From assembly GCF_006345805.1 (NCBI RefSeq), contig NW_021836142.1, positions 1 to 64,000 on the forward strand: a stretch of 64,000 nt of DNA, given 5' to 3'. Positions 12,150 to 24,912 of this stretch are shown piece after piece. Source of the DNA: Octopus sinensis. Lineage: Eukaryota. Each line of letters opens with the position of its first letter. The first letter of the stretch is position 1. The notes under the pieces are model-generated. The model did no database searches, had not been told where the DNA came from, and worked only from the letters and a program-made list of their open reading frames with translations. The translations under genes were made by a program, and so were the position numbers.

Positions 12150-12529
12150 AAGAGGAAGCGTTACTTCCCCGCTATGTATGACTGAAACACCTATGGCAGT
12201 AAATAAAAATGGTATCCCCACTTTAGCATTACGTTCAGGATACAATGGTGTACGTAAGTGTCTATGTAAGCGTGTATATCTATGTGTGTGTGTGTGTGAG
12301 AGAGAGAGAGCTAGTGTGTGTGTGTGTGTGCGAGCGCAAGGGCGTTTTACCTGACGAATGTGACACATTTAAACCCAAAGTAGTGATCTGGAAAGATACA
12401 GCTTCGATTACAAATTATTAATTATTTATATTTCTGACTAGATAGACGTGCTTCTGTATGTATGTAATTATGTGTGCATGCACGTTTGTATGTATGAGTT
12501 GTTGAACTTGTATGTAAGGCATTCATGCA

Positions 12530-12532
<3 letters not shown>

Positions 12533-12627
<95 letters not shown>

Positions 12628-12632
12628 CATAC
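12533..12632. repeat. (AT)n microsatellite
   Basis: Seen directly in the sequence. Confidence 0.95.
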
Positions 12633-13930
12633 ATGGAATATACAAGGTGTAAACCATTCCTTTTATTATCCAATACATACATACTCACACACACATATAT
12701 ATGCATGAGGCTTCCTATCTTTCAGTCTTTCCATTTGTAATCAATACAACAGCAACCAAAATGGAATTCCATCCATATTGAACCATTTTATGGAATGTAA
12801 TTCCAGCAGCTGCACCGGATTCTTAAACAATAGATCCTGGCTCTCTCCCTCCAGCTACATTCTTTTATTGGGGTCTTGTTGATAATAAGCTTACTCAGCT
12901 GGCAATTATATTTGTGATGTTCCCATTATTATTAGTGTAATCATAACTGTAATTAATGTTATTACTATAAATGATTATTGTTATTATTTCTGATGCTGGC
13001 GAACACTGTAAAATAATACATAATTTTCTCATATAATACCAAGTTTGTGATGCAGCTACAATTCCAGGAGAATGGCAACTGGGAAAATACTACATGTCCC
13101 AACCTCCCATTACACTTACTGCATTGTGGTGAATGTACATATATATATTTCACACACAAGCAAGACTGACAGATAGAGGCAACTATGGGCAGACACAGAC
13201 ATACATACATACATACAAACAGGCTGATGGACTTTGTAGACAATAATAAAACATAACCAATGATAAATTCTCTGGGTTGCTCAATTTTGCTCGACTTTGC
13301 TAGCATATTTGTGTCTAGACAGTATATGAGAACCATACAGGAAATTATCTAAATATCTGAGATTGGATTATCTCAGAAATTTAGATTAGAAAAACAATCA
13401 TATTACAACCTCCATTTTCACCTAGTGTTGAAATATAGGAAAATTTTACCACTGAGAGAACCTGTATGTGGTTGCATGACATGCCTCTAAATCACATCCT
13501 ACAGTCTGACAAAAAATGGCAGTGAGCAATATAGTCCTAGATAAATTTAGTCTAAATAAAAGACAATGGTGATGGCTGTAATGCTTTTGATCATAAGTCA
13601 TCTAAGCCAGTTTAAACCAACATGGGATAGTTAGGTAGAAGATGGTCAAATAACTAAATTTTTTTGCAACACTACATTCTGTTCCTCTACTTTACAAATT
13701 TACTTTTGTTTTCATGACTTAATCAGGAAAGGAAAAGTAGCACCCACAATTATTTTCAGAGTCTGTAAAACTAATGAGAGGAAGTTACTCTTATATCAGA
13801 GACCAAGTCCAAATGTTTGCAACAAAGTGGATTTTATTGCAGGCACCCAAGGGCCAACTGGGGGTTTTATAACAGATTGAGTCTAACACCTAACAATAAG
13901 AATACTTTCTTCAACAAGCCTCCACACAGC

Positions 13931-14167
13931 TTCTTATTTCTTTACTGCCCACAAGGGGCTAAACATAGAAGGGACAAACAAGAACAGACAAAGGGATTAA
14001 GTTGATTACATCGACCCCAGTGCATAACTGGTACTTAATTTATCGACCCCGAAAGGATGAATGGCAAAGTCGACCTCGGTGGAATTTGAACTCAGAATGT
14101 AATGGCAGACGAAATACCGCTAGGCATTTCACCCAGTATGCTAACGTTTCTGCCAGCTCACCGCCTT
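13931..14167 (-). mobile_element. SINE family B monomer
   Basis: Full head (aaggcggtgagctggcagaaacgttagc on minus) to aaagaaataag tail; some CpG decay. Confidence 0.9.
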
Positions 14168-14982
14168 CTGTCTACCAAATTTCCCCACCAAGGCTTTTTT
14201 CATTCTGAAGCTGTAGTAAAATGCTCTTGCCTAAAGTGTCACACTGAATAATCAGACCTGATTCTGCAGTGTAACACCACATAGTCGCACAGCAAATCTG
14301 TTAACCACACAGCATTAACTACACCTATGGAAGAAGTATCAGTAAAACCGTTATAACTAACACTGGAAACTGTTAAACCAGATATTTAACTTCTATAAAA
14401 CTAGATCTCATGGCAAATAGAACACCATCTGCTTCTTGTATTGTTTTTTGATAATTTCAATAGTTCTTAGTTGATGATGTCGCTTCACCTAGGCCAAGCA
14501 TGCTCATTTAGACCTGTGAACAACAATATCCCAAATGTGACCATCCTGTTTTTCACTGAAGCATAATGTATCAAGGATAACATTATCTAATAAGTTCATG
14601 TTTCTTTAATTCAGTAGAGTGTAATTTCAGTCAGATTTGGATGCTATTTCTAGCAGGTCAAAATACTATATACAGCCTTATGCTGTTTGCAGAGCTATTT
14701 GGAGCTGCATCAAATTATAAAAAAAAATAAATATTCAAACCAGAGTTCTGAGTTAGAAAATTTTAAGTCTTTAGGGAAGATATGATTTCCATGCATGAAA
14801 CTTTTGGCCCTAAAGTCATTTTTGTACTTTTGTACATGTAAATATAAGTTTCCATATGTAAGAGAGAAGAAGAAGATCGTCATCATTGTCATCATCCTCA
14901 TAATCTTGATGATGATGATCATCATCATTGTTGTCAAGAAATGGCAAACTGCTGGGAGAGAGAGAATTTAATAAAAGAAGTT

Positions 14983-15089
14983 AGACTAGCTATGGCGGTA
15001 CATATTCTAAAATTGGAACAATACAGAGAAGATTAGCATGGCTCCTACGCAAGGATGACATGCAAATTCGTGAAGCGTTCCTTATTTTT
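14983..15089 (+). pseudogene. U6: Full-length U6 snRNA retrocopy
   Basis: Aligns by eye over about 107 nt to metazoan U6 (aaaattggaac.atacagagaagattagcatgg...caaggatgaca.gcaaattcgtgaagcgttcc.tattttt). ACAGAGA box at 15023-15029 is intact; several substitutions including in the 5' stem; fused to a retroposon tail. Confidence 0.95.
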
Positions 15090-15157
15090 CAAATGGCAGT
15101 GCCCCAGCATGGCCACAGCTCATGAGCTGAAACTAGATGAAATAAAAATAAAATAAA
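15090..15157 (+). mobile_element. LINE/SINE-type 3' tail fused to U6
   Basis: ggcagtgccccagcatggccacagctcatgagctgaaactag plus an A-rich repeat; homologous to the family A SINE tail ggcggtgctccagcatggccgcagtcaaatgactgaaacaag. Confidence 0.85.
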
Positions 15158-17171
15158 TCCATTTTCTATAAATATTACAGCTTCTTGCTCACAGATGTGC
15201 AGGTTCTTTTTCTTATATTTTCTAATATTAGCTGTTGAATTTTTCTCAAATCAAACCCTTGATTTTAAAATCAAGCCCTGTTCTCTTTGAAAAGAAAGCC
15301 ACATTTCATGAGTGCACTACACCTAAGAAAAAAGTGGAAATCCCTTTCATCACAGATCTGCTTGATCAGATATGATCTTGCGTAGATACCTTGAGTATTA
15401 AATGGCTAGTTGCTTTATTTGGAACTAGTGGCCTGTCAAAACCGTTTGTCTATAAGGCTCTCTAATACTGGGAATGAAATTGTTTTATAAAAATATTTTG
15501 TTAAAGACAATGAAGAAAGAAAGATCTTTTTGGTATGGAAACTATTTTTAGGAAAGAAAATTGGTAAGTTGTGTTATTCCTGGTTTTTCCAAGAGAAATT
15601 TGCCTCTGTTGGGAATTACACTAAGATCATAGTTTGACTTGCAAGTATCTTACAATTTCATCAATGCATACAATGCCACAACAATGCATACAAGTTTACA
15701 ACAAAAATAGTTAACAAGAAAATTACATCAGCATCATCATCATCAACAGCAACAACAACAGATATATCTCATTCAATCAGCTTTTAATATATTTCTTAAC
15801 TAATGTTTCTAATGCCGATGAAATTAAACTATCAGAGACAGATTGAAAATTTATTTCGAAATTAAATAAATTATCAAATTATCAAAAATAAAAAAAAAAG
15901 AATTATATATAAATCAATCAATAAAGAAAGAAAAGAAAATTTAGAAAAAAAAAAGATTATATTAGAAAATAAAATGAAACTATTTATTTTTGGTTTTATA
16001 TTTTCTCACAAGAAGCTTTAATTACAATTTATTTCAATGAAATGAACCTGTTCTGCTATTCCTGTCACTTTGCCAACATTGTACACTTCACTGAACCATC
16101 TCAAATATCACTTCTAACTTTGTATTCACATTAATTACATTTTTTTAAATCTCTCCCTAGTTTCACTTTCCATATTATCTTGCCATTTCTTATTGTCCTC
16201 AATTTCTACTTGTTTGATGTTATCTATTTTTTAATATATTATCTTTATGCTTTTTTCTTTCGTATATTTCTTGTTTGTAGTTTCCTTTTTAACATTTATT
16301 GTTTTGTTTTTTTTTCCTCTCTGAAATCTATTTTCTGAAAAATGTATTTAGTTATTTATTAATTAATTTTTATTTCATTTTATTTTACTTAAGTCTATTT
16401 TGTTGTTAGATTTCTACTATATTTTTAATGGGTTTAGCTTCCCAGCTTTAGTTGCTGATGTTGCTTATTTATCAGTTGAAGCATTTTTTCTTTTGTTTTT
16501 GCCTTTATACTAAACCCGCACCACCTCCCTTGTCTCTCTCTCTCCACACCATATAGTTTGATTGCTCTTTTATTTACTTTAATTCTATGTACACAAAGAA
16601 CACTTGGATATCAATACAATTACATTGATCTTTTGACTGTGTATGTATGCTATTTTAACTTGCATGTATATGATGTGTATATGATTGATATACAAGGTGA
16701 TATGTGATGTATATATATATGATGGGGAATTTACATTATTTTTTCCTATCTTATTTTCCCTGCACGTGTTTGAATAAGTGCAAGAAAAAAAGATTTTCAT
16801 TGGCACTTATATAGACGAACAGACAGACAAGTAGAGAGATAGGAGTATATACATTTGAAATAAGCTCTGAAAATGTTTAAGTATTTTCTGGAATTAGTGT
16901 TAGCATTTGACTTTTACAGTCAAAACTATGATGAAAGTATTTCCATGCCCTCTTGCAGCTTAAACTATATTCTTTTGTATATGCATATGTGTGTGTGTAT
17001 TTATGAATATTTATAAGTGTCTATAAATTGCGAAGTATACATATGTATGTGTTTATTTATAAATATTTATATGTGTCTATATGTATTTAGAAGTGCTGCA
17101 GATGGGAGTATGAATGTGTATGTAGATAAATGCAAAGAAAGAAAATAAATGTTTAATAAAATATAATATTT

Positions 17172-17640
17172 AAGGTGTGAGCCGGCAGAAACGTTAGCAT
17201 GCTAGGCAAAATGTTCAGCAGTATTTCGTCTCTCTTTATGTTCTGAGTTCAAATTCCGCTGAGGTCGACTTTACCTTTCATCTTTTTGGAGTTGATAAAT
17301 TAAGTACCAGTTGCATACTGGGGTTGATCTAATCGACTGGCCCCCTCTCCAAAAATTTCAGGCCTTGTTCTTTGAGTAGAAAAGAATATTAGTCATAAAA
17401 TTAAGGTGGTGAGCAGACAGAATTGTTATGCCACCAGAAAAATGCTTAGCGGAATTTTGTCCAACTATACATTCTGAGTCCAAATGCTCTCAAGGTTGAG
17501 ATTCTCCTTCATCCTTTTGGGGGTCAAAAAAATAAGTACCAGTTAAGCATTGGGGTCAATAAAATTAGTACCAGTTGAGCACTGGAGTCAATGCAATCAA
17601 CTTAACCACTCCCACAAAATTGGTGAGTTTGAAACCAATA
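17172..17640 (+). mobile_element. Two tandem SINE family B copies (second older)
   Basis: Heads aaggtgtgagccggcagaa (17172) and aaggtggtgagcagacagaa (about 17404), each followed by the Deu/Nin-like core. Confidence 0.8.
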
Positions 17641-17771
17641 CCAATAGTAAAATTCCTGTAAAGTGAATTGAAATGCATATGTATGTGTGTGTGTGTGCAT
17701 GTGCATATGTTTGTGCGTGTGTGTGTGGGTGCATGGGCTCATGTGAAAAGTGTGTGTGTATGTGTGTGAAT

Positions 17772-17969
17772 TCTTTTACTGGTTTCAGTCATTTGAATGC
17801 AGTCATGCTGGAGCACTGCCTTTTAGTCAATCAAATCGACCCCAGGACTTATTCTTGTAAGCCTAGTACTTATTCTATCAGTCTTGTTTGCCAAACGACT
17901 AAGTTATGGGAACATAAACACACCAGCATCAATTGTCAAGTGATATTAGAGTGACAAACATATACACAC

Positions 17970-18024
<55 letters not shown>

Positions 18025-18180
18025 CACACACACGATGGGCTTCTTTCAGTTTCCGTCTACCAAATCCACTCACAAGGCTTTGGTCGGCCTGAAGCTATAG
18101 TAGAAGACACTTGCCCAAGGTGCCACACAGTGGGACTGAACCTGGAACCATGTGGTTGGCAAGCAAGCTATTTACCACAC
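17772..18180 (-). mobile_element. SINE family A, CpG-decayed
   Basis: Matches the family consensus with many CG>TG/CA changes. Confidence 0.9.
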
Positions 18181-19060
18181 ATGTATATATTTATAAATAT
18201 AAGTATCTGTATATTTGAAAGTGTCCATATATGTGCAATTGTGTATGTATGTAAGTGCAATGAAAGAAAATCCTAATAATAATAATAATAAAATGCCTAT
18301 ACAGTGAATTTAAATGCACATATATATATATATGTGTGTCTGCGTATACTTAGCTAAAAATTGTTTGGATTTTAGTAAAGATATTTAAGCTCCTATTCTA
18401 TTTGAAGAATGTCTATACAATAATTTATATGTATGGTTTTTGCATCCATATTTGCTCCTTGGTTTCATTAAATGATATTTATTATAACTTACTGACATTC
18501 TAAAACACATTTATATCGCTTAAGCTTTTATTTCTAAATGATTTATGGCTATAATTAATTATTTAACCTATACCCATAAAAGAGTGAGTATCAGAAAAGT
18601 TATGAGCATACTCTTGGATGACAGTTTCTAATATATTAATAAGTTTTATTTGTTTGAATTTAGACAACATAGAAAATATATACTTAATGGTATCTTTACT
18701 CGTTTATATCTAAAATACTGCATCACTAAGTTTACATCATGAATACTTGAAAATATTCATTGTAAATTATTGTCTAAATCAATGACTAGAATCGGAATAA
18801 ATTAAGTGTGAATTTTATATCAGTTGCTCAGCTGTGTCCTCTAACCCTAAAACTTTAGAAAAGTCTATGCATCATCAACATCATCATGATCATCATCACC
18901 ATCGTTGTCGTCATCATTATCATTGTCATTCTACATCCACTTTCCATGCTGGCATGGGTTCGATGGATCATCATGGTCCAAGTTCTTTCTTATGAAGAGG
19001 GTGAGTTGGGAGTGCAATACTCTCATAGACTGGTTCTCCTGCTTATCATTTGAGTTGGTT

Positions 19061-19301
19061 TCTTATTTCTTTACTTCTTTATTGCCCACAAGGGGCTAAA
19101 CATAGAGGGGAAAAACAAGGACAGACAAAGGGATTGTCGAATACATTGACCCCAGTGCATAACTGGGACTTAATTTATCGACCCCGAAAGGATGAAAGGC
19201 AAAGTTGGCCATGGTGGAATTTGGACTCAGAACATAAAGTCAGACGAAATACTGTTAAGTATTTCGCTCAGTGTGCTAACATTTCTGCTAGCTCACCACC
19301 T
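19061..19301 (-). mobile_element. SINE family B monomer
   Basis: Same structure as 13931-14167. Confidence 0.85.
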
Positions 19302-19499
19302 TTGGCTTGCTTTCTGAGACTGGATTCCCATCTCATTGCCAACAACTTCCCAGAGTATACTGGGTACAATTTTCTTGTGGCTCCAAGGCATGATTAGATT
19401 ATTCTCACAATCCTTCACTTTCTCTGTTTAGGAGAGAGAACAATGAAAGCAGAGAGGCCAGAATGGGTCGGTGGAAGAAGCATGAGTGTATCTGTAGAG

Positions 19500-20433
19500 C
19501 AGCATTTCTCAACCGGGGTCCCCTGGAACCCTAGGGTTTCCTCAAAAAGTTCCTAGGGGTTCCACAAGAAAGAGTGAAATAAGCTAGTGCTAATTTCTTG
19601 ATCATAACATTACTATTCATGCACAACATATTGTAATATAGACATCATCTTATCTCACTATTATGTTATCAAAAAAAATATAACAACCACTGCGGATATA
19701 TTTAGTGATGTCTGTAATTTATGGACACCTTATATATATATATATATATATATATCATCATCATCATCATCATCATCATCGTTTAACGTCCATTTTCTGT
19801 GCTGGCATGGGTTGGACGGTTCGACTGGGGTCTGGGAAGCCAGGGGCTGCACCAGGCTCCAGTCTGATCTGGCAGTGATTCTACAGCTGGATGCCCTTCC
19901 TAACGCCAACCACTCCACGAGTGTAGTGGGTGCTTTTTACGTGCCACCTGCACAGGTGCCAGGGGAGTCTGGCATCGGCCACGATCGGTTGGTGCTTTTA
20001 ATGTGCCACCGGCACGGAAGCCAGCCAAGGCGGCGCTGGCATCGACCACATTCGGATGGTGCTTTTTATGTGCCACTGGCACAGAAGCCAGTCGAGGCGG
20101 CACTGGCATCGGCCACGTTCGGATGGTACTTTTGGTTCTCATTTTGTTAAATAAGTCAACATTCTAATATCCTAAAGCTGATAAACCAACTAAATTGTTT
20201 CTCCATTTTCTTATTTGTAATTATATATATACACATAAAGTGTGCATATTTTCCTTTTTTTAGTTTCTTATATATACACACACATCATATATATTATATA
20301 TAATATTTACCATGTGAAGTACGATAAAAAAATATGAGTAAGATGTGGTGTATAACTGCATTTGGGCAGGGGTTCCTTGAGACATGTATTTATTTTAAGG
20401 GTTACGCAAGGGTAAAAAGGTTGAGAAACACTG
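19500..20433 (+). mobile_element. hAT (Charlie-like) MITE with nested SINE
   Basis: TIR cagcatttctcaacc / ggttgagaaacactg; 8-bp TSD ctgtagag / ctgtagac. Confidence 0.85.
19755..20132 (-). mobile_element. SINE family C nested in the hAT MITE
   Basis: (CAT)n tail and tandem gtgctttttacgtgccacc units of about 60 bp. Confidence 0.9.
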
Positions 20434-21070
20434 CTGTAGACTATTAAGTAACAAAAAATATGTACTTTTGCTCAGGTGAATGAGGAGGAGAATAGGAGAG
20501 AGGGCAGTGTTGGTAGAAAGGCCAGAATAGGTGAGTGAAAGGAACAAGAGTACAATGAAATAATGTTATTGAGATGGAAAGTGGGGAGAGTGTGATGGAC
20601 AAACAAGAGTAAGTGATGAGTGACGATAGCAGTGGCCCAAAAGAGAGAGAGAGAGAGTGGTGGTTTGCAGTAGAGAAAGGGTGAACATATAGTGCATTAA
20701 GTATAAATTGATTCAAAGCAGAAGGCAGAGTTTGGTATTTATAATATGCATAGCAAAACTGCAAACCAAATTTATTTTCTGCACAAAAAATTAAATCTTT
20801 TGATGTATGAGAAAATTATTGTGATGTAGTTGAGGCAATCACAGAACCTTCTAACACTTGCTCGACCTGCTAGAAATAGCAGCCAAATCTTTCTCAAAAA
20901 CATCAACTACCATTACATTGAGTAGACCTAAATACACTTAAAGATATGGATTAATCCCACAATTCGTATGACCATAAGACTGCAGGAGGCTGATTGAGGT
21001 GGAATTAAACAGTAACAGCTTAAATATTATAAATTTTCTGTGAAAACTTTACCACTGCAAAATAAACAGC

Positions 21071-21293
21071 TCTCTTACTCTCTTTTTACTCTTTTACTTG
21101 TTTCAATCATCTGACTATGGCCATGCTGGAGCACCACCTTTAGTCAAGCAAATCAACCCCAGGACTTATTCTTTGTAAGCCTAGTATTTATTCTATCGGT
21201 CTCTTTTGCCGAATCGCTAGGTGACGGGGATGTAAACACACCAGCATCGGTTGTCAAGTGATGTTGGGGTGACAGACACACAAATATATACAT

Positions 21294-21360
<67 letters not shown>

Positions 21361-21451
21361 TATATATGGCAGGCTTCTTTCAGTTTCCATCTATCAAATC
21401 CACTCACAAGACTTTGGTCGGCCGGAAACTATAGAAGACACTTGCCCAAGG
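21071..21451 (-). mobile_element. SINE family A, 5'-truncated
   Basis: Runs from the tail to acacttgcccaagg; the tRNA head is missing. Confidence 0.9.
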
Positions 21452-21639
21452 AATATGGGTAGAACACACAGGTCGGGGCAGCGGAGAGCAATAATACAGT
21501 GGCACAGGGTCAAGAGGACAGGATTGGGGAGTGGGAGGTAATCAAAGTACACGAAGAGGAAATGTGAGGAAGAGAAGATATGTAGAGACATGGTTTGGTT
21601 TGTTGTAGTAGAGTGTATGAGAAGTTTTCTTGTTAAGTG

Positions 21640-21855
21640 TGGGTGGGACACACAGCACTTTTAGAACTCAGTTTCACTGACGTGGGTCTTCCCAAGAACT
21701 TCATATTGTCAGACATCTTGGTCCATTGTCATTTCTTCTGTGAGGCCCAAATTCTTGAGATCGGTCCTTACCACTTCATCCCACATCTTTCTGGGTCTCC
21801 TTCTTTCAGTGATCAGCATTTCTTTATGCATCTGTACTCATTCATACGCATCACT
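21640..21855 (-). mobile_element. RTE LINE 3' fragment
   Basis: Minus strand VMRMNEYRCIKKC...RRRPRKMWDEVVRTDL, an RTE C-terminal pattern. Confidence 0.65.
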
Positions 21856-23446
21856 GTTGCTTCAATTATCAGTGCAACAGAAGAAACCTTTTCGATACGA
21901 ACATGCAAAGCTTTTTTCTCTATTTGATTCCAGTAAACTTTCACTATCAAAGGTATATCTTTATCAATCGACTCCTTGCAGATAAGAGGATAAAAAATAT
22001 CTATGTATATCTCACTTAAAATACTAAAAAAATATACGACATTCCACTTCACTCTTTGAGTATATCTGGAGTTGAAGGGATAATTATATCAGCATTTATA
22101 AAATCGACTTCCTGTATACGGCACAGACATTATATATATTAATTTTAGGGAGTGCGATTTCTTTCACCTGGCGAAGTACAATATTCTGTTACAACTGATT
22201 GCAATTCAGGATGCAAGATCAAAATTGAGTAATTCTTGAAAATAAATCGATAACTACTTATTGAGAAATTGCAAACTACCAACTGACTAGAATATCTTAT
22301 TTTCTAGATAGGAGATATGCCACATTCTGAAATATGACTATATATTTCATAGAAGGAAAAAAAAAATTATTTATTTATCGAAATTAAAATTTCACCATCA
22401 AATATACTTCAAATTCTTTTGTATATTTTATACACATTGCACCGAAGAGAGAGAGAGAGCAATATCAAGGTTTTTATTGCGTGTATAGAATGAAAACAAC
22501 GGGTGTTCCACGCATAGCACTAAAATTATTTATGGGATGCATTTCATAAATTTTTTTCTGACAACCGATAAAATGTCAATCTATTGTAGTCTATCATATT
22601 TTAACATTTCTGAGAAAAATTTTTGTTTCTTTTATTATCACTCTGTTACCTAATCTCAGTCGCCTGAACAATTGGAAACATGAAATTCAGATTTACAATT
22701 CAAGAACTTTTAGGTTCCACTAAAATGTGTGTGTGTGTGTGAGTGCGTTTTTATACGTATATACTCTGATTGTGTGTGTACATACTTATGTACATAAACA
22801 TACATATTAGTGTAAAGCCTTGTTTCGTATATTGTACAGCTGTATGTATGCTTGAGGAAACCATAAAACTCCTCAATGAGAAATCCTTACACTCACTGTA
22901 CGATTCTACCTATATTATATCACTTTGCACATGAGTAAAACTTTGGTCATATTTTCTAACACATTTTAAAATTCATAACAATCTTCTACTACTACTACTA
23001 CTACTTTCATCAGTGTTATTAAATATGTGACATGACAGAAATATCTTTCTCCCTCCGCACGATCATTGTTCGCTTTTCTGTTTGGTGGTCTTTTCATTTC
23101 ATATTAATTTCTCATAAGCAATTAACTACAAATTATTTTGTGCTATCTATTGATTATTTTGTTTTCAAAAATAGGACACATATACATGGAAACTATTGTT
23201 CGCTATCGAGAGATGAACAATCAGTAAAACATGCTTCAAACTTGCTAGAAACACAAATGCATTTCAAAGAATATTACTATTGTCTATCTTCTTAATGTCA
23301 ATTACTGTATATTCTTACTGTAACATGTATTATCACTATGATAGAAAAATATAAATGTATGTGGGTTTAGTATAGTGTTTTGCATTAGGTAAGAATAGAG
23401 TCAGCATTGAATGGTCACGTCTGATTATCACACGTTAAGTAAGGTA

Positions 23447-23672
23447 TGAGCTGGCAGACACGTTAGCGTGCCGGGCGGAATGCTTAGCGGTATTTCGTCT
23501 GTCGTTACGTTCTGAGTTCAAATTCCGCCGAGGTCGACTTTGCCTTACATCCGTTCGGGGTCGATAAATAAAAGTACCAGTTTCGCACTGGGGTCGATGT
23601 AATCGACTTAATCCGTTTGTCTGTCCTTGTTTGTCCTCTCTATGTTTAGCCCCTTGTGGGCAATAAAGAAAT
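23447..23672 (+). mobile_element. SINE family B monomer, CpG intact
   Basis: gagctggcagacacgttagcgtgccgggcg...gggcaataaagaaat. Confidence 0.9.
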
Positions 23673-23839
23673 ATATATATTAGTGTGTGTGTATGTGGCA
23701 TGCACACATGTGGCCGTGTGTGTATCACACCACACAACATTACACATCACATCACAACACACCACCCACGCACCCAACCATACATTTTCACACCTACACA
23801 TACATACACGCACACGTCCAGACCACCAGCCCTCTTTCA

Positions 23840-24120
23840 CACGCACGCACCTTCATGTTGGGGGTCATCTTTACTTTGTTATCTCCCCTACTTTCCCACT
23901 CGTGTGTGACTTTTCTCTCGCGATTCAGTGCCATGATAGATCGTTAGCCACTGCACACATTTTTTTCTCTCCTTGTTTTTTTCTGTGTCCCTTTCTGTAG
24001 AAGATTGTAGGCTCGAAACGTAAAAGACTTTCTCTATTCCTGAGCGTTATACTAATACATCTGTTTGTTTTGTACACCACCTGTCTTCGTCCTTTTGTTT
24101 TTTCGTAAACTCTCCCTATA
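23840..24120 (+). mobile_element. Probable Penelope-like terminal repeat fragment with hammerhead-like motif
   Basis: tagaaga-ttgtaggctc-gaaacgta at 23998-24022 resembles minimal type I hammerheads of PLE pLTRs. Embedded next to CA-rich simple repeats. Confidence 0.4.
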
Positions 24121-24162
24121 ATAAATTTCCATTAGTTTCGAAAATTAGTATTCATGTGAAGT

Positions 24163-24552
24163 TACTCTTTTACTTGTTTCAGTCATTTGACTGCGGCCAT
24201 GCTGGAGCACCGCCTTTAATCGAGCAACTTGTCCCCGGGACTTATTCTTTTGTAAGCCCAGTACTTATTCTATAGGTCTCTTTTGCCGAACCGCTAAGTA
24301 ACGGGGACATAAACACACCAGCATCGGTTGTCAAGCAATGCTAGGGGGACAAACACAGACACACAAACACACACACGCATATATATACATATATACGACG
24401 GGATTCTTTCAGTTTCCGTCTACCAAATCCACCCACAAGGCTTTGGTCGGCCCGAGGCTATAGTAGAAGACACTTGCCCAAGGTGCCACGCAGTGGGACT
24501 GAATCCGGAACCATGTGGTTGGTAAACAAGCTACTTACCACACAGCCACTCC
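24163..24552 (-). mobile_element. SINE family A, full length
   Basis: Consensus match with CpGs intact. Confidence 0.9.
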
Positions 24553-24912
24553 TTCGACAGACACGTGTATTCATAAAGTAGTTCTCGCATAGTTCCACCG
24601 TGGCATTATATGACAAAGCTGAACGTTAATTTTTAAATTACAGTTACAGTCCATCCATCGAGCTTTCACACAGTTTCCATCAACCCATTTTCACCCATGG
24701 GGCATATGTATATTTCTAGACTTTAGCAAAGGAAGCCTTCAGAAGCTATCAGTTTATGAGATCGGACCAAGAACTTCGTGATTGTGATTGGAATTGCCTA
24801 ACCATTCAAGGGATTTCTTAAGCATGCTATATCTACACACACACACTATATACAAAAACTGTGCATAGGGAAGAACTACTTCTGCTGGCCATTTAAAACT
24901 ATTGGATATATA

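Noticed and set aside
14983-15089. Functional U6 gene
   Set aside because: Disrupted 5' stem, internal substitutions, no recognisable upstream PSE, and fusion to a retroposon tail.
19900-20132. CRISPR-like repeat-spacer pattern (gtgctttttacgtgccacc about every 60 bp; also 63686-63905)
   Set aside because: The spacers are homologous to each other; these are internal tandem units of SINE C in eukaryotic DNA, with no cas genes.
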